Of a DNA stretch of 64,000 nucleotides, positions 40,785-50,381 are shown piece by piece (position 1 is the stretch's first letter; every line of letters begins with the position of its first letter). The position numbers were made by a program, and so were the translations under genes. A model generated the notes under the pieces. It was not told the DNA's origin. It was given only the letters and a program-made list of their open reading frames with translations, and made no database searches. The stretch comes from Bacteroidota bacterium (lineage in GTDB: Bacteria; Bacteroidota; Bacteroidia; Bacteroidales; JAADJA01): positions 384,997-448,996 of the forward strand of contig JAHLKX010000003.1 in NCBI GenBank assembly GCA_020444515.1, in the 5' to 3' direction.

Positions 40785-42020
40785 TTATTTAACAGATTCC
40801 AGGGCCTTCAGCCGTGCCAGTAGCGGCGGATGCGAATAGTAAAAGAACACATAGGCAGGATGGGGACGGAGATTACTGAGGTGATTCACAGACAATTTTT
40901 TCAATGCATCCTGTAAGGGTGCAGCAGCATAATTTTCACCGGCGTACCGGTCGGCAGCAAATTCATTTTTCCTGGAGATGATGTTCATGATCAAACCGAG
41001 TGCAAGAGAAATCGGGCCATATAGCAATCCAAAAGCAAGGATCGACATGTGGAAACTCGGATCACTGGCGCCTAATGCACTTGATAAAGCCGGGTTACTC
41101 AGAAATAGTGATAATATGAATAATGTTAGTCCTGTTTGAGCCAGTGACAAAATGGTCCCGGTCAGGGTATGCTTTTTCTTGTAATGACCAATCTCATGGG
41201 CAAGGACACTCACCAGCTCTTCATCCGTATGGTCTTTGATCAGGGTGTCGAACAATACGATTCTTTTCTTTTTCCCAAGCCCTGTGAAATATGCATTGGC
41301 CTTGGTGGATCGTTTGGAGCCATCCATTACATAAATGTTTTTCAATTGAAAGCCCACTTTTTCTGCGAAAGCTTCGATCTTTTTTCTGAGATCACCTTCT
41401 TCCAGGGGTGTTTGTTTGTTGAACAGCGGCACGATCAGATTTGAATAGAACATGGTCATAAAAATCGTAAATCCGCCGATCACAGCCCAGGCGATCACCC
41501 AAAACCACTCACCGGTGGCGGTATAGATCCACACTACCAGAGCCAGTAAACCTCCACCGATGATCGCACCCAGCAACCAACCCTTCAGTTTATCTAGTAC
41601 AAAAGTCCTGGGTGTAGTTTTATTAAATCCGAATTTCTCCTCAATATCGAAGGTGCTGTAAATGGATAGTGGTGTGGATAATATATCAGCGGCAAAACCT
41701 AAAATACCAAAAAACATCAGGGCCATTAAAATCGGATTGGTGGTATATCCCCGCACAAAATCATCAAGCCAGGCAAATCCTCCCAGGAACAACAACAAAA
41801 GCATTGCTGCCAGGCTGAGTGTACTGGTCAACAATGAAAACCGGCTTTTAACTTTATCGTATTCCTGCGATTTGCGGTATTTCTCCACGTCATAAATCCC
41901 CTCCAATTCTTTGGGAAGCTCGGTTGATCGGCGTGTTGCATTGAGGTAGTCGAGAAGGCGCTCAAGCACATAATCAAACACGATGATCGCAACAATGATG
42001 TAAAAAATAGTATGTTCCAT
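40785..42020 (-). CDS. M48 family zinc metalloprotease (Ste24/HtpX-like)
   Basis: HEIGHYKKKH (HExxH) plus multiple TM helices. Confidence 0.85.
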   Translation of the reverse strand: MEHTIFYIIVAIIVFDYVLERLLDYLNATRRSTELPKELEGIYDVEKYRKSQEYDKVKSRFSLLTSTLSLAAMLLLLFLGGFAWLDDFVRGYTTNPILMALMFFGILGFAADILSTPLSIYSTFDIEEKFGFNKTTPRTFVLDKLKGWLLGAIIGGGLLALVVWIYTATGEWFWVIAWAVIGGFTIFMTMFYSNLIVPLFNKQTPLEEGDLRKKIEAFAEKVGFQLKNIYVMDGSKRSTKANAYFTGLGKKKRIVLFDTLIKDHTDEELVSVLAHEIGHYKKKHTLTGTILSLAQTGLTLFILSLFLSNPALSSALGASDPSFHMSILAFGLLYGPISLALGLIMNIISRKNEFAADRYAGENYAAAPLQDALKKLSVNHLSNLRPHPAYVFFYYSHPPLLARLKALESVK

Positions 42021-42053
42021 GCATTTAGATTTGCAGCATACAAAAATAGAAAA

Positions 42054-43688
42054 TTAAATAGAGGTTATTTCCCCCGACTTCAATCGTTTGAGGTAAGACT
42101 TTAAATCCCTTTTCACTTCAGGAGCAAGAATAAGTAAACCAACAATATTGGGAAATGCCATGGCCAGGATCATCATATCCGAAAAATCCATCACCGCCAT
42201 GATGTTGCTGGATGCACCAATGACAATACAAAAAAGAAAAAACAACTGGTAAATTGTGTCGGTTACTTTTCGTGTACCGAAAAATTTCTCGCTCCATCCA
42301 CCGAATAAATAGTCAAACCCCTTTAACCCATAGTAGGACCATGAAATAAGTGTACTAAAGGCAAACAATGTTACGGCAATCAACAGGAGAATGGGAAACC
42401 ATGAAAATACAGATTCAAAGGCAGCGGATGTCAGCTGAACACCTTCAAGTCCCTCAGTGTCATGGAAACCCGTAAAAATGATCACGAGGGCTGTCATGGT
42501 ACAAACCACCACCGTATCTACAAAAGGCTCCAACAAAGCAACGATACCTTCACTGACCGGTTCATTCGTCTTAGCCGCTGAATGTGCAATGGAGGCACTA
42601 CCAACACCAGCCTCGTTCGAAAAGGCGCCCCTTTGAAAACCATAGATCAATACACCAATAAAACCACCTTTCATGGCCTCAGGAGAAAAAGCGCCCTCGA
42701 AAATAAGTCTGAACGCTTCGCCTGTGTAGGAAATATTCATTCCAATGATTACAAGAGCCGCACCCACATATAATAAAGCCATAAAAGGCACGATTCGGGA
42801 AGTGACCCTGGCAATACTTCGTATACCCCCTATGATGACAAGACCCACCAGGAGTGCCAGGCCTATTCCATACCAGGCACCATGATGATGCATGGCCGGG
42901 AAAAAGGACTCAAACTGCTTAAAAGCCTGATTGGCCTGTAACATATTTCCTCCTCCTACAGAACCCCCAATCACCAATATAGCAAACAGGAAAGCCAGAA
43001 CAATCCCCAGGTATTTCAGTCCTTTTTTCTCAAGCCCATATTTCAAATAATACATGGCACCACCTGAAACAACTCCTTTTTTACTAATCTTTCTGTATTT
43101 TACACCCAGGGTACATTCCACAAATTTAGAAGACATACCCAGCAAACCAGCCAGGACCATCCAGACAGTGGCACCCGGTCCACCAATGGTAATACCGATG
43201 GCCACCCCGGCAATATTACCCAATCCAACAGTTGCTGAAAGAGCTGTCGTCAAAGCTTGAAAATGGGACACTTCCCCCCCACTTCCGGGCTTATCATATT
43301 TGCCTCGGATCAACTGGATGGAATGTTTGAAACCGCGAACATTGATAAACCGCATAAAAATGGTAAAAAAGGTACCTCCAAAGATCAGCCAGAGCACAAT
43401 GAGTTTTAAAGGGGCTTCTACTGGATCCCCATCTTCTGTTTTTAGGGGTTGACCATGATCATCGTAAACCTGTTTATCATACACCCCGGCAGCAGAAAAA
43501 GGATCCCAGAACAAAATTTTTGAAAGTACATTTACAAAAGGGGTAAACGTACGATCGATGCGCTGACTTAAAGTTAATTCCGTATCAATGATAGCAGTAT
43601 CCTGGTCAGCTTCCCTGGCATATACATTGTCTGCCAGGAGGAGAATGAAAAAAATCGAAATAAAGATATGATGCAGGTTGATCTTCAT
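42054..43688 (-). CDS. Alanine/glycine:cation symporter (AGCS family) with extended N-terminus
   Basis: Signature [20 protein letters not shown] and a polytopic topology. Confidence 0.9.
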   Translation of the reverse strand: MKINLHHIFISIFFILLLADNVYAREADQDTAIIDTELTLSQRIDRTFTPFVNVLSKILFWDPFSAAGVYDKQVYDDHGQPLKTEDGDPVEAPLKLIVLWLIFGGTFFTIFMRFINVRGFKHSIQLIRGKYDKPGSGGEVSHFQALTTALSATVGLGNIAGVAIGITIGGPGATVWMVLAGLLGMSSKFVECTLGVKYRKISKKGVVSGGAMYYLKYGLEKKGLKYLGIVLAFLFAILVIGGSVGGGNMLQANQAFKQFESFFPAMHHHGAWYGIGLALLVGLVIIGGIRSIARVTSRIVPFMALLYVGAALVIIGMNISYTGEAFRLIFEGAFSPEAMKGGFIGVLIYGFQRGAFSNEAGVGSASIAHSAAKTNEPVSEGIVALLEPFVDTVVVCTMTALVIIFTGFHDTEGLEGVQLTSAAFESVFSWFPILLLIAVTLFAFSTLISWSYYGLKGFDYLFGGWSEKFFGTRKVTDTIYQLFFLFCIVIGASSNIMAVMDFSDMMILAMAFPNIVGLLILAPEVKRDLKSYLKRLKSGEITSI

Positions 43689-43697
43689 GGTAAAATG

Positions 43698-45092
43698 TTA
43701 CTTCATTTTGTCCATGGCGGCAAAATATTTTTTTGTTTCACTGACCACTACCGGTGAAAGCAATAGCAGGGCGATCAAGTTGGGAATGGTCATAAAGGTA
43801 ATCACCATGTCCACAAAGTGCCAAACCAGGTCCAGGCCCCAGATCGATCCCAGAAAAACAAAGGCTCCATAAAGATAGCCATAGGGTTTGATAAATTTTT
43901 CCCCGAAAAGATAGTTCACTGCTCGGCTGCCATAATACGACCAGCTAATGATGGTGGAAAAAGCAAACAACATCAATCCACCTGAGACAATGTGCTGACC
44001 TACTCCCACGATACCGATGCGGTTCAGTCCGATTTCCATGGCCCTGGTCGTCATGCGAACGCCTTCTTTATCAAGTTCCCATGCACCCGTCAGGATGATC
44101 ATCAGTGCTGTCAGAGTACAAATAATGATGGTATCAACAAGGGGTTCGAGGGAGGCGACCAATCCTTCACGAGCAGGCCATTCCGTTTTAGCAGCAGCAT
44201 GTGCTATTGGTGCCGATCCCTGGCCAGCTTCATTGGAAAATAAACCACGTCTCACGCCCATGAGCAGGGTCATCAGGAAAGCCGATCCGAAAAATCCACC
44301 GACGGCTGCCTGACCGGTAAAGGCATCGCGGAAAATGACCATAAAAGCATAGGGGATCCGGTCATATTCCAAAGCAATGATCATGACTGCACTAAGAAAA
44401 TAAACAATGGCCATAAAAGGTACCAGGCGAGAAGTAACCTCGGCAATCCGTTTTATTCCTCCAACGATTACCAAAAGGGCCAACAAAGCAATGAAACCAC
44501 CTGATAAAAATTTATTGATATGATAAGTCCCTAATAATGCTTCGGACATGGAATTTGATTGTGCCATGTTGCCGGTACCCAATGAGCAAAGGATGGCTGC
44601 GATGGCAAATATAAAGGCCAGTACCTTGGCAAATCCACCAAGCTTGCTCTTTAAACCATGCTCCATATAATACATCGGTCCACCGGAAACTGAACCATCT
44701 GAATTGAAGCGGCGATATTTATGTGATAAAGTACATTCGGTATATTTCAGGATCATCCCTAGAAAACCGGTGACCCACATCCAGAAAATGGCACCCGGAC
44801 CTCCCCAGCCAATCGCCAGTGCCACACCCACAATGTTTCCTGTACCAACCGTTGCTGATAGAGCTGTGGTAAGCGCTTTAAAATGGTTAACATCGCCCTG
44901 ATCTTCCTCCTTGTCGTATTTGCCAGCAACAATTCGTATACTGTGCCGCAATTGGGTGATGTTCAGAAATTTTAGTTTGAAAATAAAATAGAGTCCGGTC
45001 GGGATCAACATTAACAGTACTGCAAAACCGCCAATATAATCGTTGTACCAAACAATAAGCGAATCAATCTTATCAAGGATACCCATGCGCAA
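43698..45092 (-). CDS. Alanine/glycine:cation symporter (AGCS family), tandem paralogue
   Basis: Signature [20 protein letters not shown]. Confidence 0.9.
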   Translation of the reverse strand: MRMGILDKIDSLIVWYNDYIGGFAVLLMLIPTGLYFIFKLKFLNITQLRHSIRIVAGKYDKEEDQGDVNHFKALTTALSATVGTGNIVGVALAIGWGGPGAIFWMWVTGFLGMILKYTECTLSHKYRRFNSDGSVSGGPMYYMEHGLKSKLGGFAKVLAFIFAIAAILCSLGTGNMAQSNSMSEALLGTYHINKFLSGGFIALLALLVIVGGIKRIAEVTSRLVPFMAIVYFLSAVMIIALEYDRIPYAFMVIFRDAFTGQAAVGGFFGSAFLMTLLMGVRRGLFSNEAGQGSAPIAHAAAKTEWPAREGLVASLEPLVDTIIICTLTALMIILTGAWELDKEGVRMTTRAMEIGLNRIGIVGVGQHIVSGGLMLFAFSTIISWSYYGSRAVNYLFGEKFIKPYGYLYGAFVFLGSIWGLDLVWHFVDMVITFMTIPNLIALLLLSPVVVSETKKYFAAMDKMK

Positions 45093-45198
45093 ACTATTAT
45101 GTTAAAAGATCGGCTAATATAAAAAAAGTTGATAGACCATCGGGGAACTTTTGTAAGGAAGCTATAATAAAGTAATAAAATGGTAAAAAGAAGGCCGG

Positions 45199-45534
45199 TT
45201 ATTTATTGTGACGATATTGGATAACTGTAATATTTTCTCTGGTTATTAAGCCTTCCTTTACGGTCTCATCCAAAAAAGGTATGATCAGATCAATGCGTTC
45301 CGGTTCATCCACGATTTCTACCACGATGGGTAAATCCTCTGAAAGACGCAAAACTTTAGCAGTATGGATTCTGCTGGCAGCACCAAAACCCATTATTCCT
45401 CTGAACACTGTTGCACCGGCAAGGTTTATTTCACGGGCCTTTTTAACGATTTCTTCGTAAAGAGGTTTACCTTTCAAGGTATCATCAGCACCGATAAATA
45501 TCCGAAGGACCTGTCCTTTGATTGGAAATTTCAT
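45199..45534 (-). CDS. DUF190 (PII-like fold) protein commonly paired with crcB
   Basis: LRIFIGADDTLKGKPLYEEIVKKAREINLAGATVFRGIMGFG is the DUF190 pattern. It lies 6 nt downstream of crcB. Confidence 0.8.
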   Translation of the reverse strand: MKFPIKGQVLRIFIGADDTLKGKPLYEEIVKKAREINLAGATVFRGIMGFGAASRIHTAKVLRLSEDLPIVVEIVDEPERIDLIIPFLDETVKEGLITRENITVIQYRHNK

Positions 45535-45540
45535 GAGGCA

Positions 45541-45927
45541 TTATTTTAAATTAATAATTAACAAACGAATGAGAAAGTATCCACCGAAAACAAAAAGAAT
45601 GGAGAGGAAGTTGTTGGCCAGCAGGTTCATGATGGCCATTTTGAAATCACCTGACCGAAACAGGTTCATGCTTTCAAGGGCATAGGTTGAAAAGGTGGTA
45701 TAGCCCCCCAGAACCCCGACAAAAAGGAACATTCGGATATTTGGTGAAAGTCCCTTTTGTTCAAATAATCCCCAAAGGAAACCAATGAAAAGCGCACCGG
45801 TAGCGTTTACCATCAGTGTCCCCCAGGGAAAAAATCCGCTGATATATTTATGGGTTAGACCGGATACCCCATATCTGAAAAGCGAACCCAGGGCTCCTCC
45901 GGCCATCAGGAATATTATTTTTAACAT
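45541..45927 (-). CDS. crcB: Fluoride ion channel CrcB/Fluc
   Basis: 128 aa with four TM helices, and the motifs GGALGSLFRY and GGYTTFSTY. Confidence 0.9.
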   Translation of the reverse strand: MLKIIFLMAGGALGSLFRYGVSGLTHKYISGFFPWGTLMVNATGALFIGFLWGLFEQKGLSPNIRMFLFVGVLGGYTTFSTYALESMNLFRSGDFKMAIMNLLANNFLSILFVFGGYFLIRLLIINLK

Positions 45928-46105
45928 TTTATGAATTTAATTGTTAAACACAATAATTATTATATTTCAAAGTTTATAACTTTTGTTAAAGCAACAATTG
46001 ACTGACTAATAGCAAATTCATCAATCCTGATTCATTAACGCGACACCCTTTGAAGACTCACAAATTACGGAAAAAATTCAAGCAATATAGAAAATATAAA
46101 ATCGT

Positions 46106-46113
46106 TACTTTTG
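46106..46113 (+). promoter_or_regulatory. -7 promoter box TACTTTTG upstream of porV
   Basis: Exact TAnnTTTG match. The ATG is at 46152. Confidence 0.45.
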
Positions 46114-46151
46114 CACAAATTTTCAATATCTAATTTTTATTTAACACATTC

Positions 46152-47357
46152 ATGAAGAGACTATTCGTAATCTTATCCGGCACTCTCCTCTTTTTTAATT
46201 GGACACTGGCACAAAATCCAAACGAATGGAATGGACAACAAGCAACACAAAATACCATTACCACTGCTGTTCCATTTTTAAACATCGGACCTGATGCCCG
46301 CAGTGGCGGTATGGGTGAGTTAGGCGTTGCCACCGAACCAGACGCTATGTCGCAACACTGGAATCCGGCAAAATATGCGTTCATTGAAAAAGATATGGGA
46401 TTTTCGGTTTCCTACAGTCCATGGCTACGGAAACTGGTGAACGATATTAACCTGGCTTACCTGTCGGGTTATAAAAAACTGGACGACCGTTCTGCTATTT
46501 CAGCCTCATTAAAGTTCTTCTCATTGGGTGACATCACCTTTACTGAAGAGGATGGAACAGTGATCGGAAATTTCAGGCCCAGTGAATTTTCGGTAGATGC
46601 TGGATATTCCAGAAAATTCTCCGATAAATTATCGGGTGCCGTTTCAGGTCGTTTCATATATTCCAACCTGACCCAAGGACAAACGGTTCAGGGCCAGTCT
46701 ACCAAACCCGGAACTTCTGTAGCAGCAGATATTGCCATTTTTTATACCAATGAGTTGGATATAAACTGGCTTGAAGGATCCAGGATCAATTTTGGTGCAG
46801 CCATTACCAACATCGGTTCGAAAGTTTCCTATTCCAACGATGATGCCGATCGTGATTTTATCCCTACCAACCTCAGGTTTGGACCTTCATGGTTGATGGA
46901 AATCGATGAATACAACAGTATCCGGCTATCACTTGACATCAATAAATTATTGGTTCCCACACCCCCGATTTATGCTGTGGATACTTCAGGTCAACCCATA
47001 ATTGAAAACGGAGAACCTGTTATTTATAAAGGGAAAGATCCCAATGTTGCACCGGTACAGGGGATCATCCAGAGTTTTTATGATGCACCCGGTGGTTTCA
47101 GTGAAGAAATGAAAGAATTTATTTGGGTGGTTGGTGCAGAATACTGGTACGACAAACAATTTGCCGTCAGAGCAGGCTATTTTCATGAGAGTGAAATGAA
47201 AGGAAACCGCAAATTTTTCACACTTGGAGCCGGACTGAGGTACAATGTGTTTGGATTGGACTTCTCATACCTGATCCCAACGGAACAACAAAATCCTCTG
47301 CAAAATACCCTGCGCTTCACCCTGACTTTTGACTTTGACGGATTTCAAAATCAATAA
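46152..47357 (+). CDS. porV: T9SS outer-membrane channel/shuttle protein PorV (LptO)
   Basis: AVPFLNIGPDARSGGMGELGVATEPDAMSQHWNPAKYAF is the conserved PorV N-terminal signature, and the rest has a beta-barrel pattern. Confidence 0.85.
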   Translation: MKRLFVILSGTLLFFNWTLAQNPNEWNGQQATQNTITTAVPFLNIGPDARSGGMGELGVATEPDAMSQHWNPAKYAFIEKDMGFSVSYSPWLRKLVNDINLAYLSGYKKLDDRSAISASLKFFSLGDITFTEEDGTVIGNFRPSEFSVDAGYSRKFSDKLSGAVSGRFIYSNLTQGQTVQGQSTKPGTSVAADIAIFYTNELDINWLEGSRINFGAAITNIGSKVSYSNDDADRDFIPTNLRFGPSWLMEIDEYNSIRLSLDINKLLVPTPPIYAVDTSGQPIIENGEPVIYKGKDPNVAPVQGIIQSFYDAPGGFSEEMKEFIWVVGAEYWYDKQFAVRAGYFHESEMKGNRKFFTLGAGLRYNVFGLDFSYLIPTEQQNPLQNTLRFTLTFDFDGFQNQ

Positions 47358-47379
47358 CGAAAGTGAAAAAAGATATTCT

Positions 47380-47411
47380 GGCCAATATCTGCAGATATTG
47401 GCCTTTTTTTT
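47380..47411 (+). terminator. Intrinsic terminator after porV
   Basis: The palindrome GGCCAATATCTG|CAGATATTGGCC (47380..47403) is followed by a T8 run. Confidence 0.85.
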
Positions 47412-47473
47412 GAAATTTGTCGAACGATATTCGATTTAAATCGTAAAAATATGGATATACAAAAAATAAACCG

Positions 47474-47956
47474 ATGACGATAAAAGTTGGATTTGGATTC
47501 GATGTACACCAATTAAAGGATGGGGCCGACCTCTGGATTGGTGGCATAAAAGTTCCTTCAGCAAAAGGCGCCATTGGTCATTCAGATGCGGATGTACTGA
47601 TCCATGCAATTTGTGATGCACTCCTCGGAGCAATCAATATGCGTGATATCGGGACCCACTTCCCGAATACCGATCCAAAATACAAAGGTATCAGCAGCCT
47701 AAAATTGTTACAGGAAGTTTGTAATAAAGTAGAAGAGCTGGGTTATACAGTCAACAATATTGATGCTACCATCAGTCTCGAAGAACCCAAATTAGCCGCA
47801 TTCATCCCGCAAATGAAAAAAGAGCTGGCCAAGGCCTCCTGCCTCACCGAAGATGACATTTCCATTAAAGCGACAACTACGGAAAAACTGGGATTTACAG
47901 GTCGTAAAGAAGGAATTGCTGCTTATTGTGTTGTTCTGGTCAAAAAAGTGGCTTAG
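47474..47956 (+). CDS. ispF: 2-C-methyl-D-erythritol 2,4-cyclodiphosphate synthase
   Basis: Contains GFGFDVHQL and GHSDADVLIHAICDALLGA. Confidence 0.95.
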   Translation: MTIKVGFGFDVHQLKDGADLWIGGIKVPSAKGAIGHSDADVLIHAICDALLGAINMRDIGTHFPNTDPKYKGISSLKLLQEVCNKVEELGYTVNNIDATISLEEPKLAAFIPQMKKELAKASCLTEDDISIKATTTEKLGFTGRKEGIAAYCVVLVKKVA

Positions 47957-48568
47957 TTATTTCACCCTGAAATCCAGCATTTTTTTATCCTCAATATACC
48001 CCACAAGGTGATCATTTATTTTAACCGGCCCTACACCTGCTGGTGTGCCAGTAAATATTAAATCTCCCATTTTAAGGGTAATAAACTTCGATAAATAAGA
48101 AATAATATGATCAATTGAAAAGATCATCAATGTGGAACTTCCGTCTTGCACCTTTTCACCATTTAACTCCAGATGGAAGCGGATGTCATTTTTATCATTC
48201 AATGATTCCAGCGGTATAAATTTACTGATTGGTGCCGAATGATCAAATGCCTTGGCAATTTCCCAGGGGAGTCCTTTTGCCTTGCAATTTGCCTGAACAT
48301 CCCGGGCAGTAAAATCGATTCCCAATCCAATTTCATCATAGTACGTGTGGGCAAATTTTTCCGCTATATGCTTCCCGTTTTTTTTGATCTTCACCACCAA
48401 TTCAGTTTCATAATGGATATCCTTACTGAATTCAGGATAGAAAAAAGGCCTGTTGCGGATCACCAGTGATGTATCCGGCTTCATAAAAAAAACAGGGCTT
48501 TCAGGCAGGGGATTATTTAATTCCCTTGCATGCGCAACATAATTTCTGCCAATGCAAATGATTTTCAT
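47957..48568 (-). CDS. Fumarylacetoacetate hydrolase (FAH) family protein
   Basis: MKIICIGRNYVAHARE..., ETELVVKI and GDLIFTGTPAGVGPV are typical FAH-family motifs. Confidence 0.85.
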   Translation of the reverse strand: MKIICIGRNYVAHARELNNPLPESPVFFMKPDTSLVIRNRPFFYPEFSKDIHYETELVVKIKKNGKHIAEKFAHTYYDEIGLGIDFTARDVQANCKAKGLPWEIAKAFDHSAPISKFIPLESLNDKNDIRFHLELNGEKVQDGSSTLMIFSIDHIISYLSKFITLKMGDLIFTGTPAGVGPVKINDHLVGYIEDKKMLDFRVK

Positions 48569-48748
48569 GATTAAATGAATTTTTTGTCCAACTTATCCTG
48601 CAAATGTATCGATTAATCAGGATTTTCAGGGGGTATAATTTTACGAACAACAGGTTGTTAAAAATTTCTTAATAATTGCAAATTGATGTTGATAACTAAA
48701 TTCGTTTTAAATGTTGATGGGTCGAACTTATGTGCCTACTTTTGAAAC

Positions 48749-50296
48749 ATGCAGGATCAAGAAAAAAAACCAATCAAAAGTACTGATATCCAGGGAAAAG
48801 TAAAAAACAGGATTCAGAAAAATGCGCTTCAATTGGCATTTTCGGAGCACGGTCGTGTACCTCCCCAAGCCATTGATTTGGAAGAGGCAGTATTGGGAGC
48901 CCTGATGCTCGAACAAAATGCACTGACTGCGGTCGTTGATATCCTCAAACCGGAAGTCTTTTACAAAGAATCGCACCAGGTTATTTATGCGGCCATCCAC
49001 CGCTTGTTTGCCAAATCAGAACCCATTGATATCCTTACCGTGACCAATGAGCTCAAATCAAGTGGAGAACTGGAATTGATTGGAGGGGCTTATTATATTA
49101 CGCAGCTCACCAACCGGGTTGCATCTACCGCCAACATAGAATACCACGCAAGAATTATCACCCAAAAATATATTCAAAGAGAACTGATCAAAATCTCCTC
49201 TGAAATCATCAAAGATGCGTTTGAGGATACGACTGATGTTTTTGATTTGTTGGATAAAGCAGAAAAGAATTTATTTGCTGTAAGTGAAACCAATTTTCGC
49301 CGTGATTATGACAGCATGCAATCGCTGGTGAGAGAAGCCATCAAAGACATAGAATCGGCCCGTGACCATGAGGGCAACCTCAGGGGCATTCCCTCAGGAT
49401 TTACTGATGTCGACAGAATTACCGGGGGATGGCAAAAATCAGACCTCGTCATTCTGGCTGCTCGACCGGGTATGGGTAAAACAGCTTTCGTTCTTTCAAT
49501 GGCGCGAAACATCGCTGTTGATTTTAATATACCCCTGGCTGTTTTTTCTCTTGAAATGTCCTCCATTCAATTGGTCACTCGTTTGATTTCAAGCGAAACG
49601 CAGCTATCGGCCGATAAGTTGAAGAAAGGAAATCTGGAAAATTATGAATGGGAACAGTTGAACGCCAAGATTGGTAAACTGGTTGACGCTCCTCTTTTTA
49701 TTGACGATACCCCTGCTTTATCAATCTTCGAATTGCGGGCAAAATGTCGTCGATTGAAAGCTCAACACGACATCCAGATGATCGTTGTTGACTATATCCA
49801 ATTGATGTCGACCGGTGGTGATAACAAAGGAAACCGGGAGCAGGAGATCAGTACCATCTCGCGATCATTGAAAGCGCTGGCCAAAGAATTAAATGTTCCG
49901 GTGATTACCCTCTCACAGTTGAATCGATCAGTGGAAACAAGGGGTGGTTCAAAACGTCCCATCCTTTCCGACCTCCGGGAATCAGGAGCCATTGAGCAGG
50001 ATGCCGACCTCGTATTATTTATTTACCGTCCTGAGTATTACAAAATCGACCAGGATGAAGAAGGAAACTCAACACAGGGTATGGCAGAACTGATCATCGC
50101 CAAACACAGAAATGGTGCCCTGGCAGATGTCAAAATGACCTTCATTGATAAATTTGCCAAATTCGTAGATTATGATGGTCCCGGTGGATTCGAATACCAG
50201 GGCGATATTCCGGCCGATTATGATTATCCCGGAGAAAATTCCTATACGGTCCCCTCAAGGATGAATGATATTCCTGAAGATGAAAATCCATTTTAA
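48749..50296 (+). CDS. dnaB: Replicative DNA helicase
   Basis: PPQAIDLEEAVLGALML, Walker A ARPGMGKTAF, LSQLNRSVE and RESGAIEQDADLV. Confidence 0.95.
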   Translation: MQDQEKKPIKSTDIQGKVKNRIQKNALQLAFSEHGRVPPQAIDLEEAVLGALMLEQNALTAVVDILKPEVFYKESHQVIYAAIHRLFAKSEPIDILTVTNELKSSGELELIGGAYYITQLTNRVASTANIEYHARIITQKYIQRELIKISSEIIKDAFEDTTDVFDLLDKAEKNLFAVSETNFRRDYDSMQSLVREAIKDIESARDHEGNLRGIPSGFTDVDRITGGWQKSDLVILAARPGMGKTAFVLSMARNIAVDFNIPLAVFSLEMSSIQLVTRLISSETQLSADKLKKGNLENYEWEQLNAKIGKLVDAPLFIDDTPALSIFELRAKCRRLKAQHDIQMIVVDYIQLMSTGGDNKGNREQEISTISRSLKALAKELNVPVITLSQLNRSVETRGGSKRPILSDLRESGAIEQDADLVLFIYRPEYYKIDQDEEGNSTQGMAELIIAKHRNGALADVKMTFIDKFAKFVDYDGPGGFEYQGDIPADYDYPGENSYTVPSRMNDIPEDENPF

Positions 50297-50381
50297 ACAG
50301 AATCTTATTTTTGACGTTTAGAAATTGGACATTTTTGTAATATGCTACCATATCATTCGTTTTAAGCTGAAAGGTTCAAGA

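Noticed and set aside
45928-46105. I looked for a fluoride (crcB motif) riboswitch upstream of crcB on the minus strand.
   Set aside because: I reverse-complemented the whole leader region. There is no GGnGAUG...AAC.GCC...GGCUAAUGAYUCCUAC-like arrangement, only a loose UUAAUGAAUCAGGA fragment. A covariance-model scan (Rfam RF01734) would be decisive, but by eye it is absent.
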